Origin: Fidelibacterota bacterium
GTDB taxonomy: Bacteria > Fidelibacterota > UBA8477 > JABMPR01
Length of the DNA stretch: 64,000 nucleotides
Reading direction: 5' to 3'
Assembly: GCA_024278595.1 (NCBI GenBank)
Contig: JAJRSW010000061.1
Coordinates: 4,225-68,224, forward strand
A program made the position numbers and the translations under genes. Of this stretch, positions 18,015-27,985 are shown in pieces (within the stretch, counting starts at the first letter, position 1; each line of letters starts with the position of its first letter). The notes beneath the pieces were generated by a model, which worked only from the letters and a program-made list of their open reading frames with translations, was not told the origin of the DNA and searched no databases.

Positions 18015-18923
18015 GTGAGTCCCCTGTCCATCAAAAACCACAAGCTGCATTACCTAGCAATTGGCTTGATTGCAATCACCCTGCTTTCCTGTATACCTGG
18101 CTTTGAACACAGCCCTTCTGATACCCAAATTCTTGAACAAAACCTGAATGCTCTGGTGGAATCATTTCGCGGTGATGTGGGGCTCTATGTCAAACACCTG
18201 AAAACGGGTCAAGAGATCGCCATCAATGCAGATTCACTTTTTCCAACCGCCAGTATGATCAAGGTACCGATCCTGTTAGCCTTGTTCGACCGGATCGAGA
18301 GTGGAGATCTGGATTATGACTCAACCTTGATGTGGGTGCCTGAAGTGGTGAATTATCCTCCTGGCGGTATGCTGAGCTCTTTTAAGGACAGTCCCTCGAT
18401 CTCACTTAAGAAAATGATCTCGCTCATGATCACCTACAGTGACAACCACGCCAGCTTATGGTGCCAGAGCCTGGCTGGGGGTGGGGTGGCTATTAATGAG
18501 TGGCTAGCCAATAATAATTTTAGCCAGACCCGTATGAATTCGCGTACACCTGATCGTCAGACTGATTGGGAGCAGTATGGTTGGGGTCAGACCACTCCCC
18601 GGGAGATGGCCGATCTGCTTAGTTTGATCCATGAAAATCGAGCGGTGTCTCCCTGGGCCAGTGAAGAGATGTACCGTTACCTCACCCGTATATTTTGGGA
18701 TGACGAGGCGCTGTCACAAATACCACGATCCGTTCAGGTAGCTTCAAAACAGGGTGCTGTGAATGACTCACGTTCAGAGGTGGTTCTGGTGAATGCCCCT
18801 GGTGGAGATTATGTATTCTGCGTTATCACCAACCATCAGGAGGATCAATCCTGGGACGATGATAATGAAGGATTTACACTGTTGAGACAGGTGTCACAGC
18901 TACTCTGGCTGATCTACAAGTAA
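18015..18923 (+). CDS. Class A beta-lactamase-like serine hydrolase, lipoprotein
   Basis: SMIKVP (SxxK), YSDN (SDN) and KQG (KTG-like) motifs. The signal peptide has an LLSC lipobox. Confidence 0.7.
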   Translation: MSPLSIKNHKLHYLAIGLIAITLLSCIPGFEHSPSDTQILEQNLNALVESFRGDVGLYVKHLKTGQEIAINADSLFPTASMIKVPILLALFDRIESGDLDYDSTLMWVPEVVNYPPGGMLSSFKDSPSISLKKMISLMITYSDNHASLWCQSLAGGGVAINEWLANNNFSQTRMNSRTPDRQTDWEQYGWGQTTPREMADLLSLIHENRAVSPWASEEMYRYLTRIFWDDEALSQIPRSVQVASKQGAVNDSRSEVVLVNAPGGDYVFCVITNHQEDQSWDDDNEGFTLLRQVSQLLWLIYK

Positions 18924-19156
18924 ATAATCACTCTAATTCAACCCAATGCCGAACACGAGCTTGAAGACATGACCATTTAGGGTATATATGAACATATCAG
19001 AATTGCAGCAATGTAATTAAAAGTAGATGACACCCCGTTCTGTGTATATCCGTGTTTCATCTAGCCTGCCGCGGTGAAGTTGAAAACGAAGACGGGTGGC
19101 TAAAAAGAATTTATCTTGGACAGTTATGCCCAAATATTTTTACCTGCGATAATCCG

Positions 19157-19185
19157 TTGACAGACGTGGGGGTGCCATCTATATT
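19157..19185 (+). promoter_or_regulatory. Sigma70-type promoter for rplU-rpmA: TTGACA, 17 nt, TATATT
   Basis: TTGACA at 19157-19162 and TATATT at 19180-19185, about 30 nt upstream of the AAGGAGAG Shine-Dalgarno site of rplU. Confidence 0.5.
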
Positions 19186-19215
19186 CGCGGGCTTTTTAAT
19201 AAAGGAGAGAAATCA

Positions 19216-19722
19216 ATGTACGCGATTATTCAAATTGCAGGGAAACAGTTCAAGGTGAAACCTGGCATGGTCCTGAACGTTCCGACTCTCGATATTGAAC
19301 CTGGTAAAAAGGTCAACGTCGAGCGCGTACTGGCTTACTCTGACGGTAAAAATCTTGAGGTCGGCACTCCAGAGCTGACCAACGTAGCGATCGATGGAAC
19401 AGTAGTTTCACATGGCCGCGCTAAAAAGATCATTGTTTTTAAAAAGAAACGCCGCAAGGGATACCAGAAAAAACAAGGACACCGCCAGGGTTTTACACAG
19501 ATTAAGGTAGCAGGTATTGCACCGGCAAAACCAGCTGCCAAGAAAACAGCAGCCAAGGCTGACACAGCAGTAAAAGCTGAGAAAAAGCCAGCTGTCAAGA
19601 AGGCCACCGCCGCCAAAAAACCCGCCGCCAAGCAAGCAGCCGCTCCTAAAAAACCGGCTGCCAAAAAAGCAGCAGCAAAACCGGCAGCGAAAAAGGCCCC
19701 TAAAGCTGATAAAGGAGAGTAA
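19216..19722 (+). CDS. rplU: 50S ribosomal protein L21 with a ~65-aa Lys/Ala/Pro-rich (histone H1-like) C-terminal extension
   Basis: [17 protein letters not shown] is the canonical L21 N-terminus. The C-terminus is [11 protein letters not shown]... low-complexity sequence. Confidence 0.95.
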   Translation: MYAIIQIAGKQFKVKPGMVLNVPTLDIEPGKKVNVERVLAYSDGKNLEVGTPELTNVAIDGTVVSHGRAKKIIVFKKKRRKGYQKKQGHRQGFTQIKVAGIAPAKPAAKKTAAKADTAVKAEKKPAVKKATAAKKPAAKQAAAPKKPAAKKAAAKPAAKKAPKADKGE

Positions 19723-19724
19723 CC

Positions 19725-19982
19725 ATGGCTCATAAAAAAGGTGTTGGTAGCTCCAAAAACGGTCGCGAAAGTCATTCCAAACGTCTGGGCACAAAAGCCT
19801 ATGGCGGAGAATGGGTTTCAGCCGGCAGCATTATCATCCGTCAACGTGGAACAGCGATCCACCCCGGCCAGAATGTTGGTATCGGTGGGGATGACACATT
19901 GTTCGCCAAGATCGACGGGATCGTGACCTTCGAACGCAAGGACCGAAAAAGAAAACAGGTAAGCGTCTATCCAGAAGCTTGA
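19725..19982 (+). CDS. rpmA: 50S ribosomal protein L27
   Basis: [22 protein letters not shown] is the canonical L27 N-terminus. Confidence 0.95.
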   Translation: MAHKKGVGSSKNGRESHSKRLGTKAYGGEWVSAGSIIIRQRGTAIHPGQNVGIGGDDTLFAKIDGIVTFERKDRKRKQVSVYPEA

Positions 19983-20003
19983 TCCTGTTCCTGTAAAGAC
20001 CTT

Positions 20004-20037
20004 AAAATCCCTCGAGTGATCGGGGGATTTTTATTTT
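20004..20037 (+). terminator. Rho-independent terminator after rpmA
   Basis: AAAATCCC(tcgagtgatcgg)GGGATTTT stem followed by TTTTATTTT. Confidence 0.7.
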
Positions 20038-20165
20038 ATCCGCGTTCAATGACTACACTTTTAGAAGAACTACTTAAAAAGATGATGTTGCTATGGCACT
20101 CTGTCGCCCCCAAATTCATGGCGGATACCACGGCATAGTTCGTAGAACGACGCCGGGTAAATAAT

Positions 20166-20388
20166 AGGCTTTGTAAGAGGCTATTATTAGGTGATGAAAA
20201 TTAGTGCCGGTCAACTTAGTAGCTGTTTTATAAAATAGACAAACCGTTAAAACGGTTTCTTGATAGCTCGATGATAATATGCCCACGACTGAAGTCATGG
20301 GTTTCTTTTGAATGCTTGATGATCAGAAATCCACGACTTAAGTCGTGGGCTTTAATATGCTTAGTAAACCTGTAACCGTTTTAACGGT
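20166..20388. repeat. Cluster of five short palindromic hairpin elements (REP/MITE-like) in the rpmA-moxR intergenic region
   Basis: AATAATAG-n13-CTATTATT at 20166-20194. AACCGTTaaAACGGTT at 20237-20252 and its inverted copy AACCGTTttAACGGTT at 20372-20387. CCACGACTgaAGTCATGG at 20282-20299. Perfect 16-mer CACGACTTAAGTCGTG at 20330-20345. The hairpins sit in ~46-bp degenerate tandem units. Confidence 0.6.
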
Positions 20389-20480
20389 TTATGGGTAGAA
20401 CTAGTGTGAAACGATAAGTTGTAATGTAATAACTTTGAAATACCCAGGTAAGTTATTCGATAAACTGGCTCGGAGGATGT

Positions 20481-21461
20481 GTGACCAAACCAAACAATGA
20501 TGTACAAAAACTAACTGAAATGGTAGCCGCTTTTGATCGATTAAAAGCTGAGCTTGCCAAGGCGATCGTCGGACAAGATTCAGTGATAGAGCAATTGATC
20601 ATTGCCCTGTTGGCTCGCGGTCACGCACTATTGGTCGGTGTCCCCGGCCTGGCAAAGACCCTGCTGATAAAGAGTCTATCCGAAGTCCTGGACCTAAGTT
20701 TTTCAAGGATTCAGTTCACCCCCGATCTCATGCCCTCTGATATTACGGGGACCGATATCATTGAAGAGGATCATACAACTGGAAAACGGGAGTTTCGCTT
20801 TGTCAAAGGCCCCGTATTTGCCAATATCGTACTGGCTGACGAGATCAATCGGACACCCCCCAAAACTCAGGCGGCCCTTTTAGAAGCTATGCAGGAGCAT
20901 CGGGTGACAGCCGGGGTCGAGAGCTATGTACTGGATGAGCCATTTTTTGTATTGGCCACCCAAAACCCCATTGAACAAGAGGGGACCTACCCCTTGCCTG
21001 AGGCTCAGCTGGATCGATTCATGTTCAATTTACGCGTAGAATACCCCAGCCGAGATGAAGAACGAAGGATCGTCAGCGAGACCACCTCAGGAGCGACAGT
21101 AAGCCTGAAAAAGATCCTGGACCAACCAGCAATTTTGGAGTATCAGGAACTGATCAGGCGGGTTCCTGTGGCGGACAATGTCATCGATTATGCGGTTGAT
21201 CTGGTGAGTAAGACTCGCCCTGCCGAAGATGATGCACCGGATTACATAAAAAAATGGGTTGGCTGGGGTGCCGGTCCCCGGGCTTCTCAATATTTAATCC
21301 TGGGCGCCAAAACCCGGGCAGCCATGGCTGGCAATCCAACCCCTTCAATTGATGATGTGAAGGCCGTCGCTTTACCAGTACTACGACATCGGGTCCTGAC
21401 CAATTTCAATGCAGAGGCCGATGGGGTCACAGTGGATGAGATCATTAAGAAACTGCTGTAA
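20481..21461 (+). CDS. MoxR-family AAA+ ATPase (AAA_3)
   Basis: LLVGVPGLAKT Walker A, DEINRTPPKTQAALLEAMQE and the rest of the sequence match MoxR/RavA-like ATPases. GTG start with a GGAGGA Shine-Dalgarno site. Confidence 0.9.
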   Translation: MTKPNNDVQKLTEMVAAFDRLKAELAKAIVGQDSVIEQLIIALLARGHALLVGVPGLAKTLLIKSLSEVLDLSFSRIQFTPDLMPSDITGTDIIEEDHTTGKREFRFVKGPVFANIVLADEINRTPPKTQAALLEAMQEHRVTAGVESYVLDEPFFVLATQNPIEQEGTYPLPEAQLDRFMFNLRVEYPSRDEERRIVSETTSGATVSLKKILDQPAILEYQELIRRVPVADNVIDYAVDLVSKTRPAEDDAPDYIKKWVGWGAGPRASQYLILGAKTRAAMAGNPTPSIDDVKAVALPVLRHRVLTNFNAEADGVTVDEIIKKLL

Positions 21462-21597
21462 TAGTTATCGTTGCCACAAAGGCGCCAAGACTCGAAGGAT
21501 CACAATCCCCAAGATTTTTCTTTGTGACTTAGTGTCTTTGTGGCGAAAAGAATGTAACGAAATAGGTGGGTTGCATTAAAAAGAAAAGGATATTGAT

Positions 21598-24480
21598 TTG
21601 AAGCCAAGAGTTTGGATTATTATGCTCTTGTTGTTTGTGCAGGGAGCTCAAGCCCAGAATATGTGGATGTGGAATCAAAGAACGCATCCAGAATTAAAAT
21701 GGCAAACCCTGGAAACTGAACATTTTAATATTCACTATCACCAGGGGCTTGAAACTATCGCCTACAAGGGTGGTCAGATCGCTGAACAGGCTTACCAACC
21801 AACCTTAGATCAATTGCAAGTCGCAGATTTTGGTAAAACGGATATTGTTTTCTCCGCTGAAGATGAGATCATGAATGGTTTCGCCATGCCCACAAATCAG
21901 ATCTTTATCTGGGTCAATCAAAATGATGTTGCCGGCAATTTTGGCGGATCAGAAAAATGGTTGAAACTGGTGGTCACCCATGAATTTCAGCATGTGGTTC
22001 AATTTCAGGCTCACCACACATGGACCGGCATCCTGGGTGCAATATCTATCCCATCCTGGTGGATGGAGGGTATGGCAGAGTATATGACCGAGGTCTGGCG
22101 GGTAGGCCGGAGTGACTCAAAGATGAAGATCCACACCTACCGAAATACTATGGACCAGTTAAATGCTCATGACGATGGCTATGCCAAAGTTCTTTATCTG
22201 GCCTGGAAATATGGTGACTCGACGCTGGTAAAAATATCAAATCATCGTCAATACATCATGGAGAAAGACCAGAAATATCCCTACTGGTATGATTTTAACA
22301 AGGCATTCAAAGCCGCAACAGATCAGACCCTGGCCGATTTTAACGAGGAGTGGCGCCGGGTGATGAACACTTATTACTATGGCTATAAAGCCCAGAAGGA
22401 AATGATCTCAGAAATTGGTGAGCCGTTGGTCTTAAAGGGTTTTTCCAGAGTGTTGGCTGCTTCCATCTCACCGGATTCCTCCAAGATCGCTGTGGTGGGT
22501 CGGACAAATTCTAAGATGCAGGATTACGGGCTGTATGTTATGTCCACTGACTCCACTCATAAAATTGAAGAGGTCCATTATGGTCGCTTTAGTGGTATAC
22601 CGGCCTGGTCGCCGGATGCGAAACAGATTATCATCTCTGAATATCACCGGGGGAGCAATGGATCTCTGCTAAACGATCTGCGTCTGGTAGAGCTTGCCAC
22701 TGAAAAGATCCGCTGGATAACCCATGATTTGAGGAGTCTGCACTCCGTTTTTTCACATTCCGGCAAAGGTGTGTTTTTTGTGGCTCACCCTGGAGAAACC
22801 TCCCAGATACACTACCTGGAACTCAGTTCTTCAAAACAGATCCAGATCAGCAAGTTTGTTGGTGATGTGCAAATTCAGAGTCTGAACTTAGCTCCTGATG
22901 GCCAGAAATTGACGTTTATGATCCAGGAAGAATCAGGTGATGTTAATATTGCAATTATAAACCGTGATGGTAGTGGGTTTAAAAAAGTGACCGACGATCC
23001 TGAAGAGGATCTATTGCCAGTCTGGCGTGCTGACGGTCAGGCTATTATCTATACCTCCTTTCGGAACTCCACCCCCAACCTGTATCGGGTGGCGCTTGAC
23101 AGCCTGAGAATTACCCAGATGACGGATGTGGCTGAGGGTATTTATTCACGCCAGAGACTACCAGGAACAAATCAGATCATTGCCAGCACTCTGGCTGATG
23201 TTGACACCGTTAGGCTTCGAATCGTTGATGCAGACCGCGTTGCTCCAGAGCTAGTTTTGAATTTACGTGAGCCATACACTGCCTGGCGCACCAAGGCTCC
23301 CGATGTCCAGATTCCAGCTACAAATTATGCTGCTAAGCTGGTGGCGAAAGAACCGCATTCATATAAAGCTCTTAAATCAGTACGCCCTCTGTTGCACCTG
23401 ATCTGGCCCGATGCAGAGGGCGTGTTTGCAGTGGCAGCCTACAATGATGCTCTGGGAAAACATTTGTATCAGGGTGGCGGGGTTGTGGATTGGTCTGGAG
23501 CTTTGGCTGGCGGCTATCTTGGCTATACCAACCTTCAATTTCAACCGGTGCTGAATTTTTATGCCAGCAAGAATTTCAGCTTTAATCTGCGTCGTACCTG
23601 GGGTGCGACTAATTTTGAAGTACTTGATGGTGTTGGAGTAATGGCATTACTACCCATGAATTCTGGTAACTCATTGAGCTCAAATCATGACCTGATGGCA
23701 CATCTACGACTGGTCAAGAGGACAGTGCTGGATGCCGGTTCGGATAACTGGGTTCGCGATCTTTCATTTCCCCAGAGCAAGGAAACCAATCTAAGCTTGA
23801 CCTGGCGCTGGCTGAAACGGCGTCCGGGTAGTGCTGATATTCAACTGCCGACTAATGGCGTAGGTGTACTGGCACACATTGAGTCCACCATCCCGGAGAT
23901 CTGGGGCAACGGTGATTATCAGAAAATTTGGGCTGAAGGGTTTTTTAACCAGAAGATCCCTAAGACACCTTTTGTACTTTACAACCGCAGTAAATGGGAG
24001 CGCCACACCGGTAATATCCTGGCTCAGGATTCCATCGGTTTCATGTCCACAGCACCCCTTTATTTTTCACCGGGAACGATTTTGAATGTAGCACAAGCTG
24101 GTATTTTCGATCTACCGGAGAGCTATAATCTGCGTGGGCAGACAGGTGATCACGCTGCCTCTGAATTGATCTATAATGTCACTGAGCTACGCATACCCCT
24201 TATGCGATCATTTCCGGCTCAATTTTTCATGCTCCAATTCACAGGCTTTACCGGAGCGCTATTCCACGATCTCGGTTATTTACCAGAAACGGATGAAGTA
24301 TTTACGACCATGGGAGCCGAGCTGAAGTTTAACTTAAGTATTGGGAAAATAGCTCTCATAACGCTTTCAACAGGCCTGGGTGGTAATGCTGACTACTGGG
24401 AAATGATTCTGGAAGATCCAGACAGGCTGGACATTCAGCAGGACTCATATTTTCGGCTTGCTCTGGTGAATCCATTTTGA
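21598..24480 (+). CDS. Large secreted/outer-membrane protein: signal peptide, peptidase-MA-like HExxH...E domain, PD40/TolB-like beta-propeller repeats, and a C-terminal beta-rich region ending in Phe
   Basis: Signal peptide MKPRVWIIMLLLFVQGAQA. VVTHEFQHV...WWMEGMAEY is a zincin-like HExxH with a downstream Glu. WSPDAKQII and LAPDGQKLTF are PD40 repeats. The C-terminus ...RLALVNPF has a terminal aromatic residue typical of OM beta-barrels. TTG start with AAGGA upstream. Confidence 0.6.
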   Translation: MKPRVWIIMLLLFVQGAQAQNMWMWNQRTHPELKWQTLETEHFNIHYHQGLETIAYKGGQIAEQAYQPTLDQLQVADFGKTDIVFSAEDEIMNGFAMPTNQIFIWVNQNDVAGNFGGSEKWLKLVVTHEFQHVVQFQAHHTWTGILGAISIPSWWMEGMAEYMTEVWRVGRSDSKMKIHTYRNTMDQLNAHDDGYAKVLYLAWKYGDSTLVKISNHRQYIMEKDQKYPYWYDFNKAFKAATDQTLADFNEEWRRVMNTYYYGYKAQKEMISEIGEPLVLKGFSRVLAASISPDSSKIAVVGRTNSKMQDYGLYVMSTDSTHKIEEVHYGRFSGIPAWSPDAKQIIISEYHRGSNGSLLNDLRLVELATEKIRWITHDLRSLHSVFSHSGKGVFFVAHPGETSQIHYLELSSSKQIQISKFVGDVQIQSLNLAPDGQKLTFMIQEESGDVNIAIINRDGSGFKKVTDDPEEDLLPVWRADGQAIIYTSFRNSTPNLYRVALDSLRITQMTDVAEGIYSRQRLPGTNQIIASTLADVDTVRLRIVDADRVAPELVLNLREPYTAWRTKAPDVQIPATNYAAKLVAKEPHSYKALKSVRPLLHLIWPDAEGVFAVAAYNDALGKHLYQGGGVVDWSGALAGGYLGYTNLQFQPVLNFYASKNFSFNLRRTWGATNFEVLDGVGVMALLPMNSGNSLSSNHDLMAHLRLVKRTVLDAGSDNWVRDLSFPQSKETNLSLTWRWLKRRPGSADIQLPTNGVGVLAHIESTIPEIWGNGDYQKIWAEGFFNQKIPKTPFVLYNRSKWERHTGNILAQDSIGFMSTAPLYFSPGTILNVAQAGIFDLPESYNLRGQTGDHAASELIYNVTELRIPLMRSFPAQFFMLQFTGFTGALFHDLGYLPETDEVFTTMGAELKFNLSIGKIALITLSTGLGGNADYWEMILEDPDRLDIQQDSYFRLALVNPF

Positions 24481-24586
24481 TTGAAGATTGACCATTCCCA
24501 CCTCGTCAGACTGAGCGGAGTAGCAGTATATAGATTTGTGGCAGAACTAAAAAATCTAAATCCTGAAAGGCTGAAATAAGCAAAAA

Positions 24587-25483
24587 TTGAACACTGATAA
24601 ACGAAAATATCTGAACCCCCAAACCCTGGCCACCCTGGCCAATATGCAGCTCAGGGCACGCATGGTGGTGGAGGGCTTCATTGTGGGCCTGCATAAGAGT
24701 CCCTATCACGGATTTTCGGTGGAGTTTGCTGAACACCGCGCCTACGGCCCTGGTGATAATCTGCGCTATCTGGATTGGCGACTTTATGGCAAAACGGATC
24801 GTTTTTATGTGAAACAGTTCGAGGAAGAGACCAATCTAAAGGCGCATCTCATGTTGGATATGTCAAAATCAATGGCTTATGGGTCTGCTGACATCACAAA
24901 GTTGCAGTATGGCAGTTATCTCTCCGCCGCCTTGACCTATTTACTATTACGGCAACAGGATGCTGTTGGCCTGACCCTCTTTGATACTGAGATCCGAACT
25001 CATATCAGGCCCTCTTCCAGACCATCCATGTTAACCAATATATTGTCGCATCTGGAGCGTGTGGAGCCTGGGGAAGAAACCGCTATTGGGCATAGTCTGC
25101 ACCACCTGGCAGATCGCATTCATCGCCGGGGGCTGGTGATCATCATTTCTGATATGCTGGATGATCTGGATAATATTTTGAATGGGCTCAAGCATTTTCG
25201 TCACGACCGCCATGAAGTGCTGGTATTCCACATTCTGGATCCCCGTGAAGTAGATTTTGCCTTTCATGCCCAGGCTAAATTCAAAGATATGGAATCAGGT
25301 GAGATCATGGCCACGGAGCCCTGGCATATCCAACGGGATTATCAGAATGCCGTTAAACAATTCCGGTCCAATCTAGGTGCTAGTTGCCGGGAACAGCGTG
25401 TGGACTATGTGCCCCTGACCACCGATCAATCGCTTGATGTGGCGCTATTGGCCTATCTGAACAAGCGCCATTCCGTCCGGTAG
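24587..25483 (+). CDS. DUF58 (vWA-fold) protein, the usual partner of MoxR ATPases
   Basis: LQLRARMVVEGFIVGLHKSPYHGFSVEFAEHRAYGPGDNLRYLDWR is the DUF58 signature. TTG start at 24587. Confidence 0.8.
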   Translation: MNTDKRKYLNPQTLATLANMQLRARMVVEGFIVGLHKSPYHGFSVEFAEHRAYGPGDNLRYLDWRLYGKTDRFYVKQFEEETNLKAHLMLDMSKSMAYGSADITKLQYGSYLSAALTYLLLRQQDAVGLTLFDTEIRTHIRPSSRPSMLTNILSHLERVEPGEETAIGHSLHHLADRIHRRGLVIIISDMLDDLDNILNGLKHFRHDRHEVLVFHILDPREVDFAFHAQAKFKDMESGEIMATEPWHIQRDYQNAVKQFRSNLGASCREQRVDYVPLTTDQSLDVALLAYLNKRHSVR

Positions 25484-25662
25484 TTTTTTGCCACCCCTTA
25501 AGTACGTATTAGTCATCCTGAACATAGTGAAGGATCTTCCTGGGTGATCATGATCTTTGGTTATGGGCTAAGATTCTTCAGTCGTTTCACTCCTTCAGAA
25601 AGACGAACGGGGGCATTTTTCACATTGATTGCTATTCCAGTATAGCTATATTCACAAACTTC

Positions 25663-27879
25663 ATGAGAATATTTCAAGCCACAATAGCTCGACCATTACG
25701 GTCTGTTCTAATTGCCGCCTTTTACATGGGTGTGGGGCTTTCGCAGCAATTGCCCCAAAATCAAACCAGCATCAGTGGCCGGGTTGTCGATGCTCGGTCG
25801 GGTTCTGGTCTACCAGGTGTAAATATTCAGATTCAACGTAGTCCTTCAGGGACCACCTCGGATTTGGAGGGTTATTTTCAACTTTATGATCTGCCCCCTG
25901 GAAATTACGGTCTTTCCTTTTCAATGATGGGCTACGCTCCATACATTGAAAAAAATGTAGCAGTTGTCGCTGGCATTCCCACTGAGCTACAGATCGGATT
26001 AAAACTGAATATTCTGGCTTCACCGCAAGTCGTTGTCACCTCAAGTCGTAAAGAGCAGGATATTATGGAGTCCCCGTTTTCAGTCTCTGCCATTGGTCCA
26101 AGAGAGATCAAGGCAAAAGCAGTCGTTAATATGATTGACATTTTATCCTATGAGTCAGGTGTATCTACCATCAAGGGCCAATTGAATATTCGAGGAACCT
26201 CAGGCTATACCATGGGTGCGGGTACCCGTTCGCTGCTACTTGTGGATGGAATTCCCATGCTGGGGAGTGCCGCTGGAAACGTCACCTGGGGAATGATCCC
26301 AAGTTCTGAAGTGGATCGGGTGGAAATCGTTAAATCAGGGGGCTCGGCCCTGTATGGCTCCAGTGCCATGGGCGGTGTCGTGAATATTATAACGCGGAAT
26401 GCACCTCCTGAACCAGAAACCAGAATTTCCACTCAAATAGGGGTTTACAGTCATCCCAGGATCGAACAATGGCGGTGGCGTGATAAGCGTGGATTCGTAT
26501 ACAATACGGAGCTATCCCATTCAAGACGTTTTGGGGAGCATGCGGCCTGGCTGCGGATCCAAAAGCGCCGTGATGATGGATTTATGGAACTGAATTGGGA
26601 AGAAGCGTTAAATGTTTCCGGTAAGATCAAACTGAATCTTGGGAATGCCCACTCCGCGGCAGTTTTTCTTAATGCCCTGGCTGACAAATCTGGATTAACC
26701 TCTATTTGGAAGAGTTCTGCCAACCCCTTCGAGGCACCTGAGGGATCAAAAAATGATCTAACCGAAGGCACAAAAACAATTCTGAACGGTCACTACAACT
26801 ACGTGTATTCGCAAGATGTGGTTATTAAAACCAAAGTAAGTGGCTTTTGGAACACCTGGGTTGGATCTGGTGCAGATCCTAATTTCTCCACTGAATCACG
26901 TTATTATGAAGAGATCCAGTCCAGCAAAACCTGGCCAGGCAAGCTCACCGGAATCTTTGGGCTAACCCTGCAACAGAATGGCGTAGATGCCCAGATCTTT
27001 GGAAAACACAACAGCAACTCGCTGGCTGCCTTTCTCTTGTTCGAGAAAAAAATTCACCAATTCACCCTTTCTACTGGAAGTCGCTGGGAAACCTACAGGG
27101 TAGACGGTAATGATCAGGATCAGGTGTTTTCACCTCAACTGGCCCTCAACTGGAAACCAGCTCCCTGGATGGCTTTTCGAATTTCAACGGGTCAGGGCTT
27201 CCGGGTGCCCACAGTAGCGGAAATGTTCACCTCAGCTCGTAGAAGTATTTTCACCGTTGAACCAAATCCAGATCTCGTTTCAGAGACCAGCGTAAATCGT
27301 GAAATCGGAATTGTCCTCCTGAGTGGTCAAACAAGATTCCTGGATCTGTTTAAACTTGATGTAGCTGTTTTTCACAACCGGTTTGAAAATTTTATTGAAC
27401 CCATCCCAGACAGTAGTGCTGTGATCCATTTTGAAAATATTTCAGATGCCCGAATCTTGGGACTGGAAATGGGTCTGGGGATTAGCGCCTTTAATAACCT
27501 GCTGGATTATAAATCGGCCTTTACCATCTTGGATCCTGTGGAACTGGATGCACAGGGTGATGTGTTGGACACGCTATCCTATCGTCATCGATATCATTGG
27601 GTGAGTTCCCTGGGAATACATTATTGGGGCTTGGATGCATCGCTTGAATATCGGTATTTGAGTCGAATAGAGAGCGTTGAACTTTTTCAGGAAAACGTGT
27701 TTACAGAACAAGATAAACGGGTTCCAATTCATGTGTGGAACGCTGGATTAGGCAGTGAATATGGACCCTGGCTCTTTCTGTTCAGAGTTGAAAATATTTT
27801 TCAATATTATTATACCCAGCTGGAAAGAAATATTGAGGAAGAACGGATTTTCACTTTTACTGTGGAACGTCAGTTGTGA
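25663..27879 (+). CDS. TonB-dependent outer-membrane receptor with an N-terminal carboxypeptidase-regulatory-like domain
   Basis: ISGRVVDARSGSGLPGVNIQI...EGYFQLYDLPPGNY matches CarbopepD_reg. The plug segment has ...VVTSSRKEQD...SPFSVSAI... and a beta-barrel follows. 738 aa. Confidence 0.8.
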   Translation: MRIFQATIARPLRSVLIAAFYMGVGLSQQLPQNQTSISGRVVDARSGSGLPGVNIQIQRSPSGTTSDLEGYFQLYDLPPGNYGLSFSMMGYAPYIEKNVAVVAGIPTELQIGLKLNILASPQVVVTSSRKEQDIMESPFSVSAIGPREIKAKAVVNMIDILSYESGVSTIKGQLNIRGTSGYTMGAGTRSLLLVDGIPMLGSAAGNVTWGMIPSSEVDRVEIVKSGGSALYGSSAMGGVVNIITRNAPPEPETRISTQIGVYSHPRIEQWRWRDKRGFVYNTELSHSRRFGEHAAWLRIQKRRDDGFMELNWEEALNVSGKIKLNLGNAHSAAVFLNALADKSGLTSIWKSSANPFEAPEGSKNDLTEGTKTILNGHYNYVYSQDVVIKTKVSGFWNTWVGSGADPNFSTESRYYEEIQSSKTWPGKLTGIFGLTLQQNGVDAQIFGKHNSNSLAAFLLFEKKIHQFTLSTGSRWETYRVDGNDQDQVFSPQLALNWKPAPWMAFRISTGQGFRVPTVAEMFTSARRSIFTVEPNPDLVSETSVNREIGIVLLSGQTRFLDLFKLDVAVFHNRFENFIEPIPDSSAVIHFENISDARILGLEMGLGISAFNNLLDYKSAFTILDPVELDAQGDVLDTLSYRHRYHWVSSLGIHYWGLDASLEYRYLSRIESVELFQENVFTEQDKRVPIHVWNAGLGSEYGPWLFLFRVENIFQYYYTQLERNIEEERIFTFTVERQL

Positions 27880-27985
27880 AAAAGTCTTTAATGATCACGC
27901 TGTTTGGGTTGTTGTCACTGCAAGCCGTTCTGAGGATGAACAACATACCTGAGTTGTACCAGCGAATGGAATTGGAAAGCGAACA

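Noticed and set aside
19335-19794. Two minus-strand ORFs (146 and 128 aa) rich in Ala/Phe/Gly/Cys
   Set aside because: They are antisense shadows of the K/A-rich low-complexity tail of rplU. Reverse-complement GCN/AAR repeats always give such open frames.
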